DNA from: Eubacteriales bacterium
Lineage (GTDB): Bacteria > Bacillota > Clostridia > Oscillospirales > CAG-382
NCBI GenBank assembly: GCA_045534025.1
Contig: JAZSIW010000009.1
Coordinates: 1-40,000 of the forward strand
DNA: 40,000 nt
Direction: 5' to 3'
Shown here: one piece after another, positions 1-7,324 of the stretch
How positions within the stretch are numbered: position 1 is the first letter of the stretch
How the letters are laid out: each line of letters opens with the position of its first letter
Position numbers and translations under genes: made by a program
The notes under the pieces: model-generated
Seen by the model: only the letters and a program-made list of their open reading frames with translations
What the model was told of the DNA's origin: nothing
The model's database searches: none

Positions 1-20
1 ATATACCTCCCTAATGTGGA

Positions 21-415
21 TTAGCCGGGTATTCTTATCTTTTGCCCGACCTTAATTAAATTCGGATTTTCGATGCCGTTGTATTCAGCTATGCTCTTTG
101 CATCTGTAGGTCACCAATAGACTTTCCTATCTTTTCGTGCAAATTCAAGCAACGCCGCTTTGCGAGAGTGGTACTTCCATTGAGCCAAGCCGTAACCCGC
201 TTTGTCGTGCACAAAATTGCTATAGAGCCTTTGTCTACAGCTTTGGTATAGCTTGTATTTGTGTGACAACGTTTTTTCTCAAAGGAATTTTGAAGGTTTG
301 ATGGCGTGCACGCTGACTCTGCCTCGAAGTTGGCTATAACGCCGCAAGCTGCGGCGTTATTAAGCCCTAAAGTTGATGTAAGGTATTTAAAGATTGTCTT
401 TTGCTTTTTTGTCAT
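21..415 (-). pseudogene. Endolysin-like gene whose homology signal is split over two reading frames (lysozyme-like N-terminus plus LysM tail); possible pseudogene or indel errors
   Basis: ATG at 415 with RBS AAAGGAGG. That frame reads LGLNNAAACGVIANFEAES..NLQNSFEKK..YTKAVDKGS (phage tail-lysozyme-type motif), then degenerates. The -1 frame from ~224 reads YSNFVHDKAGYGLAQWKYHSRKAALLEFARK. The first frame resumes with IGKSIGDLQMQ and stops at 89. The other frame ends IAEYNGIENPNLIKVGQKIRIPG* (C-terminal half of a LysM) at 21. Confidence 0.45.
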
Positions 416-450
416 AGTTAAGCCTCCTTTTACGGGGAAGGGTCTGCGAG

Positions 451-852
451 TTAATGGGGGTGCGCCTTGTTATTAAGGTGCTTTTCGAGGGCGGTATGTG
501 CTTTTGTGACGTTCCCATTGCATCCCTGTTGCATTAGGCCATCAAGGGCGGCGAGTAACGCATAGCTCATAACGCATAGCTCCTCGTTTATCGCCTGCAA
601 GCTCTTGCTATCAGTGTCCTTTACGGCCTTTATGTCTTCGTCATGCTTTTTCTCTAAAGCGTCAAACCTTTTATCGAAGTGGTTTTTAAGGTTTTCGACA
701 TCAGCTTTCCGCGCCTCGCTTTCCGCCTTTATATCGGTGTTTTGCTGATTTTGACGTTGTACCCATTTAATAACGCCATAGATAGTGCCGCCTATCGCTC
801 CTAAAGCGCCAAGGGCAGCCCCCGCTTTTATAATGATATCTACTGTTTCCAA
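451..852 (-). CDS. Putative holin / lysis-module membrane protein (N-terminal TM helix plus coiled coil)
   Basis: TTG start at 852 preceded by TAGGAGGTG. N-terminal hydrophobic helix IIIKAGAALGALGAIGGTIYGVI, then a charged coiled coil. Sits directly upstream of the lysin-like gene. The longer 451..1047 ORF would overlap the fibre gene and has no RBS. Confidence 0.5.
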   Translation of the reverse strand: METVDIIIKAGAALGALGAIGGTIYGVIKWVQRQNQQNTDIKAESEARKADVENLKNHFDKRFDALEKKHDEDIKAVKDTDSKSLQAINEELCVMSYALLAALDGLMQQGCNGNVTKAHTALEKHLNNKAHPH

Positions 853-862
853 ATTGCACCTC

Positions 863-1888
863 CTAAAATTTGTAGTACACAGAGCGAAAGCTTGTAGTCG
901 GCGCTTTGGCGGCTTCGGCAAATCTAATTTCCGTGCAAAATACCCCCGAGTGTTCATCAGGCGATGTCTTTGAAAATCCGCCTCGAGTACAATTATGAGT
1001 TGTTGTAGTGTTGAATTGAATAGCAACAGCATCGTCCCCGTAGTCAAAAGAGCCGTCGGGCAACAAGGCGAGAGATATTAATACAATTTTTGCTTCTTCT
1101 GATATAGTGTCGTCGGCTACAACATCGCTTAATTTGGTGGATTTGGAAGAAGCATTATGTGGTTGGTTTGCGGTCCAAGTTAAACTGTTGTCGATGTAGG
1201 CTGCCTTTACGGTGTCTATAACTGCATATTCAGCGCTTAATATATTACAAAGGCCTCCTGTTTCTGCGTTTATAACATACCACAGACTATCGTCGGGGCG
1301 TTGTACTTGCAGTTCTCCCCGGACAAGACGTAACCCGTCGCACCATTCCCTTGTGTTGCCGTTTAAATCGTATATCCCGTCGAGTTTGCCATTGTGGCTC
1401 CACGTGACAGGACCCGTTCCTGTCAACGTTCTTAAGTTGTCTTCGGAACATATCGCTACATACTCGCTTTCGCTTGCGTCCTTTCCGGTGTCGTTGTTGC
1501 CCTTTGGAAAGTAGCCGTTTTTCTTGCACCAAAGTGCAATCGCAGCCCATTCCCAAGCGTTCATAAGATGCCAACAGTTACCTTTGGAAAAACAAGCGTT
1601 CTGAGCTTCTGCAAGGGTAAGTGAGTGGGCGGGGTCTTCTGCCGGCCAAGAATACGCCCTGCCGTCTATGAGCGTGTTAATGTATTTGGAAACATATATG
1701 CCGTCTAACACGGTGTCGCTCACTAAAAACGCCGGGTGCGGCACCTCCGCAGCCCCGGTTATAACGTCGCTTAGGTTGAATTTGGGTATAAACACCATTA
1801 CCGAGGGAACGCCGGCATCGTCATTTATTACGGTGTTGGCGCCATAATGTGTCTTGAGCACCAAATTGGTAAGGTCAAGATTGCTCAT
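863..1888 (-). CDS. Tail fibre / receptor-binding protein with FGE-sulfatase (C-type-lectin-fold) like domain
   Basis: 341 aa. Motifs WHLMNAWEWAAIALW and YDLNGNTREWC resemble the FGE/SUMF1-type fold (GN.WEW). It is the last structural gene before the lysis genes. Confidence 0.6.
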   Translation of the reverse strand: MSNLDLTNLVLKTHYGANTVINDDAGVPSVMVFIPKFNLSDVITGAAEVPHPAFLVSDTVLDGIYVSKYINTLIDGRAYSWPAEDPAHSLTLAEAQNACFSKGNCWHLMNAWEWAAIALWCKKNGYFPKGNNDTGKDASESEYVAICSEDNLRTLTGTGPVTWSHNGKLDGIYDLNGNTREWCDGLRLVRGELQVQRPDDSLWYVINAETGGLCNILSAEYAVIDTVKAAYIDNSLTWTANQPHNASSKSTKLSDVVADDTISEEAKIVLISLALLPDGSFDYGDDAVAIQFNTTTTHNCTRGGFSKTSPDEHSGVFCTEIRFAEAAKAPTTSFRSVYYKF

Positions 1889-1891
1889 TGC

Positions 1892-2035
1892 TTACGCTCC
1901 TCCTTTTTCGTATTTCTGCCCCGTTATTTCTTCAAACTGAGCTTTGGATATAACGCCTTTGCGAACAGCATTTTTCACCATAGCCATGTTCCAAAGGCCC
2001 GCTTCGTAGTAGTATTTAATTCTCTCGTAGCTCAT
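1892..2035 (-). CDS. XkdX-family small phage protein
   Basis: 47-aa ORF below the ORF-track cutoff. ATG at 2035 forms an ATGA overlap with the upstream stop, RBS GGAGGTACAACA. Sequence MSYERIKYYYEAGLWNMAMVKNAVRKGVISKAQFEEITGQ matches the XkdX pattern (YY..G.W....V...V.KG.I....F.EITG). Confidence 0.65.
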   Translation of the reverse strand: MSYERIKYYYEAGLWNMAMVKNAVRKGVISKAQFEEITGQKYEKGGA

Positions 2036-2364
2036 TGTTGTACCTCCTCTGTAACATCAACGTCGTCAAGCGACATCATATTTTGATACTCAAGACTTGC
2101 CGCGATACTTGCAAGAGAAGTAGCGGTCAATTCTCCGACCGTTCCCGCTTGGCTCTTATTCGCAAGGTAAAGAAGCCTCTGAGCGAGGTGTCCGTCTAAA
2201 ATGCCGTCTTCGATATTGTTAAGATTGGCGGCGTTTATGGGAGTACCTTGCTGTATTACTTCGCCGGCGGGAATGAGGGTAATAGTGCCGTCACCGTTTT
2301 CTTGGATGCGGAAAGTGCTTGAGGGGGTGGCAAAATGGTCCTTCCACAATAGTTTGTTATACAT
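2032..2364 (-). CDS. Tail fibre-associated protein
   Basis: 110 aa. GTPINAANLNNIEDGI motif is common at N-termini of Firmicutes phage fibre proteins. RBS AGGAGGTGA. Confidence 0.55.
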   Translation of the reverse strand: MYNKLLWKDHFATPSSTFRIQENGDGTITLIPAGEVIQQGTPINAANLNNIEDGILDGHLAQRLLYLANKSQAGTVGELTATSLASIAASLEYQNMMSLDDVDVTEEVQQ

Positions 2365-2381
2365 ATCTTTTCACCTCCTCC

Positions 2382-2681
2382 TTATTCAAGCTCGTATATA
2401 GGAAACTCCCACGCTGTGAGAACACCCTGTGCGGAGTTGGTTGTAAGTGTGTCGCGCTTTTCTCCGATAACGGTACCGGCGCTGTCAAGCAACCTCATAG
2501 CTGTTATCTTCCCGTCGGTGTTGTTGCTTACGGTGTGTAGCCGTATGCTGTTATCGTCGAGTTCCCTGCTTATGATGGTGCCGTCTTTCCACTCGCCGTT
2601 TCCGTCTAAGAATTGCACCGAATCTATGCACGCAAGCCATTCCGCCCGACGAGTCGCCAAAAATTCATCTTTCCAAAACAT
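2382..2681 (-). CDS. Hypothetical tail/fibre module protein
   Basis: 99-aa ORF with RBS AAGGAGGCAG, located between the baseplate and fibre genes. No recognisable motif. Confidence 0.55.
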   Translation of the reverse strand: MFWKDEFLATRRAEWLACIDSVQFLDGNGEWKDGTIISRELDDNSIRLHTVSNNTDGKITAMRLLDSAGTVIGEKRDTLTTNSAQGVLTAWEFPIYELE

Positions 2682-2693
2682 ATAGCTGCCTCC

Positions 2694-3284
2694 TTAATAA
2701 GCTATACCCGCAGGAACGGTCCCGCAGAGCAAATAATTGACACGATGGTGTGTCGTAACAGCCCTTGAGTCTGCAACAACCGAATGAGCGTGTTTGACAT
2801 AAAACATATAGGCAATATGCGCAGGTATGCGTCTTGCCAATACGGTGTCTATGTCCGTGTAGTTAAGCTTGGGGTTATCGCCGCGCTCCAACTCAATTAC
2901 AAGCGTGCTGTTTCCGGCTTCGTCTGTGCGGTTGAAAGTAACAGCGCTGTCGGCGCCCGTAAAGCCGCGTATAATTTCTCTTATTTTCGTTGCCGATATC
3001 TTGCCGAAGCCAACAAAAAAGGAGAATACAAGGCTACGCCGTTCTTCTAACTCGCGGCTTGTATCAACGGAAATACCCAAAAAGCGCTCTAAGCGTGTTA
3101 TTGTAGCCGCATCTGCCGTTTGTACAAAAGCGTTGGCTAAAACACCGTTCATCTGTTTTATAGCCTCGTCAAGCATTCGTCCGTCTGCCTCAAGAATAGC
3201 TTTCAGCTCTAAAACGTCACGATAAAACAACGGGTAAAAGCTCAACATTTCGTCATAGGTAGACTCATATCCGTGTTCAAACAT
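2694..3284 (-). CDS. Baseplate/tail protein, XkdU (DUF2313)-like
   Basis: 196 aa immediately after the baseplate J gene with an 8-nt overlap, the position of XkdU/gpI-like proteins. Assignment is mainly positional. Confidence 0.55.
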   Translation of the reverse strand: MFEHGYESTYDEMLSFYPLFYRDVLELKAILEADGRMLDEAIKQMNGVLANAFVQTADAATITRLERFLGISVDTSRELEERRSLVFSFFVGFGKISATKIREIIRGFTGADSAVTFNRTDEAGNSTLVIELERGDNPKLNYTDIDTVLARRIPAHIAYMFYVKHAHSVVADSRAVTTHHRVNYLLCGTVPAGIAY

Positions 3285-4359
3285 TGACGTTCACCTCGCC
3301 TACTATGGCTACCGCTTCCGTTCCCGGCTCTATGTTTGCCGTGTTGCCGTTGAGCGTCAGTAACGTATAGTCGATTATGGTGGGCAAGCCCGTGATAAGC
3401 GCCCCTATTTCAGAACGACGCACTATAATGGGAACGTCGTCCGGAGTGTTAAGCGTGAGTTTCTTGAGATACGCCACTACCGCAGCACGCACTTCGTCTG
3501 CAGCTTGTAGTGCCGTTGCACCGGAAGCGAGCTCCGCGTCTATATCGATATTAACAACACACGTTTCCGGGGCAACAGCCGTAAAATGAGCGCCAAGGTT
3601 GGCGTAACCTTCTCCGAGTCCGTCACCCTCACCGTCACCGTCGTTATCGGGGTCAATCTTGGCTTGAATGCGTTGTATAACGGTGGCCTCTGCGGGCGTT
3701 CCGTCGGTGTCAATAATAATGCCCTTAACGGTGTTAGGCCCGTTCCAAAGAGGGATTATCCTCGCCCTGCCTACGCCGTCTTCCTCTTCGCACCAAGTAC
3801 GGTAATGCTGCTTGTTTCCGTTTTCGGCAGGACCCGATATCTTTTCTTGCAAGCGTTCTCGCAAAGAGACGTCGGTTTCTGCGTCTGAGCCTATCTCCAT
3901 AACCTCGCCAAAGGTTGCAGAAACAAGCCCCGATATGTTGTTAACGGGTATTGCCGGGGTGCCGCTGTATATCCCGTTTGCGGCGGTGCCTGCTATCTCT
4001 GCTTCGAGATAAAGCACGTTTTCTCCCGTCTTACGCAGTACGAAATAAATGCCGTCGGCAAAAAACCTCTCTCCAACCTCCGGCGTAGTCCCTTCAAACG
4101 ATACAAAGTAGCAACACTCGGTTGCTTGTAACCTCGCAACGGAATGTTCGCTTGCCTTGAGGTCAAGGTATTCGCCTGTCGCCGTGTCGATAGAAACGAG
4201 GTCTGCTATGTAGGAGATATCTGCATAGAGCATCGCTATCCGCATCAACGGCGCTGAAATGGCGTCATAAAAAATGCTCCCTGGCCGTGTATCTATGCCT
4301 TTGGGAGCGTTTGCTATTGCCTCAGCTAATAGGTTTTCGTAAGTGTATTCTGAAAACAA
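3277..4359 (-). CDS. Baseplate J-like protein (XkdT-like)
   Basis: 360 aa. Its size and position after the gp25-like gene are typical of baseplate J family proteins of Xkd-like tails. Confidence 0.75.
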   Translation of the reverse strand: MFSEYTYENLLAEAIANAPKGIDTRPGSIFYDAISAPLMRIAMLYADISYIADLVSIDTATGEYLDLKASEHSVARLQATECCYFVSFEGTTPEVGERFFADGIYFVLRKTGENVLYLEAEIAGTAANGIYSGTPAIPVNNISGLVSATFGEVMEIGSDAETDVSLRERLQEKISGPAENGNKQHYRTWCEEEDGVGRARIIPLWNGPNTVKGIIIDTDGTPAEATVIQRIQAKIDPDNDGDGEGDGLGEGYANLGAHFTAVAPETCVVNIDIDAELASGATALQAADEVRAAVVAYLKKLTLNTPDDVPIIVRRSEIGALITGLPTIIDYTLLTLNGNTANIEPGTEAVAIVGEVNVNV

Positions 4360-4767
4360 CTATACCACCTCCTCAATCTCTGTCGTGCCAAAAATAGTGT
4401 CGACCCGAAAAGATATATACGCGCTATCGCCTTTAAATTCAAAAGCAAAATCGTATGCATCAATTATTCGAGTATCGGGCTTTAAAGCGTCTTTGATAAA
4501 TCCGGGCAATACTGCATCCGTGTATTCCGGCGTAGCGTCTTGCGCTATTATTGCGTCTTGGATTTCGCTGCCGTATTGGTTGTCGTAGATAAGACATTTA
4601 AATCGCGGGGTGAGTATAGCTTTCTTTATGGCTTGCTTTACAGCCTCAAGTCCATCTACCTTTCCGACTATCCTGCCGTTATCCAAATCAAGTTTGTAAG
4701 TAAGAGACGGTTTTTCCTCCGCCTCCGTAACCTCTGAAATGCCAATAGGTATATAAACCTCGTTCAT
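4360..4767 (-). CDS. Baseplate wedge protein, XkdS/DUF2634 (gp25/W-like)
   Basis: 135 aa. PSLTYKLDLDNGRIVGKVDGLEAVKQAIKKAILTPR pattern is typical of DUF2634 proteins. Confidence 0.65.
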   Translation of the reverse strand: MNEVYIPIGISEVTEAEEKPSLTYKLDLDNGRIVGKVDGLEAVKQAIKKAILTPRFKCLIYDNQYGSEIQDAIIAQDATPEYTDAVLPGFIKDALKPDTRIIDAYDFAFEFKGDSAYISFRVDTIFGTTEIEEVV

Positions 4768-4768
4768 A

Positions 4769-5089
4769 TTACATCACCCTGTCTAACACTAAATATTGTT
4801 TACCGCCTTTAAGCGGTAGCAAATGCACCTTATCGCCTTGCTTAAGTGCATTGTAAATGGTGCACTCTGTTAAGCTCTCCTCTCCGCCGTCGGTAATCCC
4901 TATCGTTACCTTGAAATCAGACAAGCGTTGCGTAACCACAAGCATCGAAGCGGGTATAGTCAGCTTATCGTCATTCAAGGCTCGAATTTTAAGCGGGTGC
5001 AACGAAATCACCACGCCCTGCATTGTTCCGTCGGTGTCGGGGAAAAGCCCTTGAAAAAGCCCTTTTAAACTTGTAGGGGTATCTGCCAT
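4769..5089 (-). CDS. Baseplate spike/plug protein, XkdR/DUF2577-like
   Basis: 106 aa. C-terminal GDKVHLLPLKGGKQYLVLDRV is typical of DUF2577. Confidence 0.6.
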   Translation of the reverse strand: MADTPTSLKGLFQGLFPDTDGTMQGVVISLHPLKIRALNDDKLTIPASMLVVTQRLSDFKVTIGITDGGEESLTECTIYNALKQGDKVHLLPLKGGKQYLVLDRVM

Positions 5090-5098
5090 ACGCGCCTC

Positions 5099-6652
5099 CT
5101 ATCTTACCTTTTGTGCATCGACCCAACCATAGACGTTGGAGTCGCCCTCGGCGTCGTTGTACTTACCTCCGACAAGGTAGTAGGGGTGTTGAGCGCCTTC
5201 GGATATTTTGTTTATTTTTGCGTAACCGGCTGTCCTTTGTCCTCCCGACGATAACGTTGAGTTTTGGGAAAAATACTGAGAGCCGCCGGTGAAGTAAACG
5301 GTATCACCAACTTTACGGCCGTAAGTGTCCGTGTCTTTGTTCTTGCTTCCGGAGGAGCTACCGCTTTGATAAGTGGAGCCGTTAAAGGAAGCAGCATCTA
5401 CCCATCCGTAAACATTGGAGTCGCCCTCTAAATCGTTGTATTTGCCGCCTATGAGGTGGTACGGGTGCTTTCCGTCTTCCGCTATCCTGCTAATTTTTGC
5501 GTAGCCTGCGGTCCTTTTGCCGCCGGAGGATAGGGTGGAGTTTTGAGTGAAGTACTGAGAGCCGCCTGCAAAGTACACAACATCGCCAACCTTGTATTTG
5601 CCGCTTGTGCTTCCGCCGCCACCGCTTCCGCTTCCACTTTTCTTTTTCGGGGTGGCGGTCTTTTGTGACGGGTCGGTGTCAAAAGCCTTGTTAAGCGTGA
5701 GCGTCATTTGGTGGTGGTTTCCTTCAAAAATATGGGTGTCTTCATCCACGTAAAAGGTCCTCGACAAGCCTAAAGCCGGTATAATGATAAATACACCTAC
5801 ACCCGATACGATTTCGGGAATGCCGAGAGCATCTATCTTTAAGCTTTCATTAGGCGCGCTGCGTTCATCAAGCATACTGTCTATAAGCGCTGAAAGCTGT
5901 GCAGAATTGAGCGTATCATCGGCCCTGTCTATGTCCTTCATAATGCCGATTTTAGCCTCAAGTGCAGAGTTTTTACGCTCGATAACAACGGTGTCTTCTT
6001 TGGAAAGCAACGCTATGCGCGTCTTAACCTTTTCGATGCTTTTGCTGTAATTGTGTGAAATGAGGTTTTGGTCCGCCTCTATCACCCATTGCAATACGTT
6101 TTCCCTGCGCGTTAAAAGCCTCAATTTGCCCTTTTTGGAGTCGATGTAGTGTCTAACCTTAGTGGCGTGATAATCTTGGCTCATTGCGTCGCACAGGGCG
6201 TCAAAAGCGGTCGTTTTTGCCCTGTTAAGCTCCGGTACCTTAAAGGTTGTTTGTGCAACATCGGAATACGGTAGTCCGTAGCGATTACAAACGTCCTTAA
6301 ATATCTCCGTCGTGGTTTTGTCGCTGTAAACAAAGGTGTCTCGATTGTTGGCAAGATATATGCCGTTGTCGTAAGCTTTAAGAGTCAAGGTGTTTTGCTT
6401 TCCGCCTTGCGTCATAGCGATGCCTCTGAACAATTCGTCCCCGTTATAGTTGAATATACAATGATACCCTTCTTCGACATCAATATTGACTCTCGCATCT
6501 TTGCGCTTTGAGTCGTCAAGCAAAGATACCTCTATTCTGCGGGCGGAAGAGCCTTTTCTTCCGCCCCACTTGATTTTCTCGACGAGTTGGGATATATCTG
6601 TGCACTTATCGCCTTTTATCAGCAGCAACTCAATCTTTTTCTTTTTTGCCAT
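5099..6652 (-). CDS. XkdQ/YqbQ-like baseplate hub (late control D-like) with two C-terminal SH3-like repeats
   Basis: 517 aa. The N-terminal ~330 aa resemble XkdQ/gpD family. A Gly/Ser linker is followed by two ~73-aa repeats (GDxVYFxGGSQYFxQNSTLSSGG.RTAGYAKI....HPY.L.GGKYND.EGDSNVYGWVDA). Confidence 0.7.
   Translation of the reverse strand: MAKKKKIELLLIKGDKCTDISQLVEKIKWGGRKGSSARRIEVSLLDDSKRKDARVNIDVEEGYHCIFNYNGDELFRGIAMTQGGKQNTLTLKAYDNGIYLANNRDTFVYSDKTTTEIFKDVCNRYGLPYSDVAQTTFKVPELNRAKTTAFDALCDAMSQDYHATKVRHYIDSKKGKLRLLTRRENVLQWVIEADQNLISHNYSKSIEKVKTRIALLSKEDTVVIERKNSALEAKIGIMKDIDRADDTLNSAQLSALIDSMLDERSAPNESLKIDALGIPEIVSGVGVFIIIPALGLSRTFYVDEDTHIFEGNHHQMTLTLNKAFDTDPSQKTATPKKKSGSGSGGGGSTSGKYKVGDVVYFAGGSQYFTQNSTLSSGGKRTAGYAKISRIAEDGKHPYHLIGGKYNDLEGDSNVYGWVDAASFNGSTYQSGSSSGSKNKDTDTYGRKVGDTVYFTGGSQYFSQNSTLSSGGQRTAGYAKINKISEGAQHPYYLVGGKYNDAEGDSNVYGWVDAQKVR
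5102..5602 (-). repeat. Tandem duplication encoding two SH3b-like putative cell-wall-binding modules
   Basis: Repeat copies at 5384-5602 and 5102-5320 are separated by a 63-nt Ser/Gly/Asp-rich linker. They are highly similar at protein level. Confidence 0.8.
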
Positions 6653-6661
6653 AACCGCCTC

Positions 6662-7324
6662 CTAAATCGCCGGGATTTTAAACACCTGACCGGCGTAAAT
6701 GTAGTTGGTCGGGCTTCCGCCGATAATATCTTTGTTTGCCTCGTAAATAACCATATACTTGGAGCCATCGCCGTATAGTTGCTTGGCTATCGTCCACAGA
6801 CAATCTCCCGGCTTCACGGTATAAGTGTTGGGGGTAGTCCGATTATCTGTACGGGCGTTATCCGAGGAAACTGTCGCCTTGTTGCCTTCAACGTTGACTT
6901 TTCGTATCTTTGGGTCCCGGTATTCTTCAAGAGTTATATCGAAATACAAAGTACCAACATCGCCGCCTTTTTCTTTGTAAGTAAAAGACTTTATCCGGCA
7001 GAACATATCTGCATAAAGCCCTGTAAGAATAAAGTGGACGGGTTTATAGCTGCGCTTCCACTTCTGTATCTTCTTGACGGCGTTTATTGGAGTAACCAAA
7101 TCCTTTCTTTTTAGTCCGGGGAATAACGCTATGGGGAAGAAAGAAGAAAAGCTTATCTCAATAGCAGGGCGAGCTTGAGCGACAATAATGTCGCCAAGCT
7201 CTGCTATGTTAACGGTTTTGTCGTTTGTGCCTTCACTTATGATTATGTCTTCGGGTAAAACGGGAAAGCGTAGCTTTTCCTTTTCAGCGTTAAAAGTAAG
7301 CCAAATTTGGTAGTTAATATTCAT
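6662..7324 (-). CDS. LysM domain tail protein (XkdP-like)
   Basis: 220 aa. C-terminal LysM YTVKPGDCLWTIAKQLYGDGSKYMVIYEANKDII...GQVFKIP. Located directly after the tape measure gene. Confidence 0.8.
   Translation of the reverse strand: MNINYQIWLTFNAEKEKLRFPVLPEDIIISEGTNDKTVNIAELGDIIVAQARPAIEISFSSFFPIALFPGLKRKDLVTPINAVKKIQKWKRSYKPVHFILTGLYADMFCRIKSFTYKEKGGDVGTLYFDITLEEYRDPKIRKVNVEGNKATVSSDNARTDNRTTPNTYTVKPGDCLWTIAKQLYGDGSKYMVIYEANKDIIGGSPTNYIYAGQVFKIPAI

Noticed and set aside
863-1010. Possible DGR variable repeat at the 3' end of the FGE/CLec-fold fibre gene
   Set aside because: I saw no second copy (template repeat) and no reverse transcriptase in the 40 kb. It is therefore listed only as a low-interest flag for the flanking sequence.
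853-1047. N-terminal extension of the holin-like ORF (198-aa version) overlapping the fibre gene
   Set aside because: The extension overlaps 185 nt of the fibre coding sequence, has no RBS and reads as low-quality sequence. A TTG with a strong RBS at 852 gives a sensible TM-first protein.
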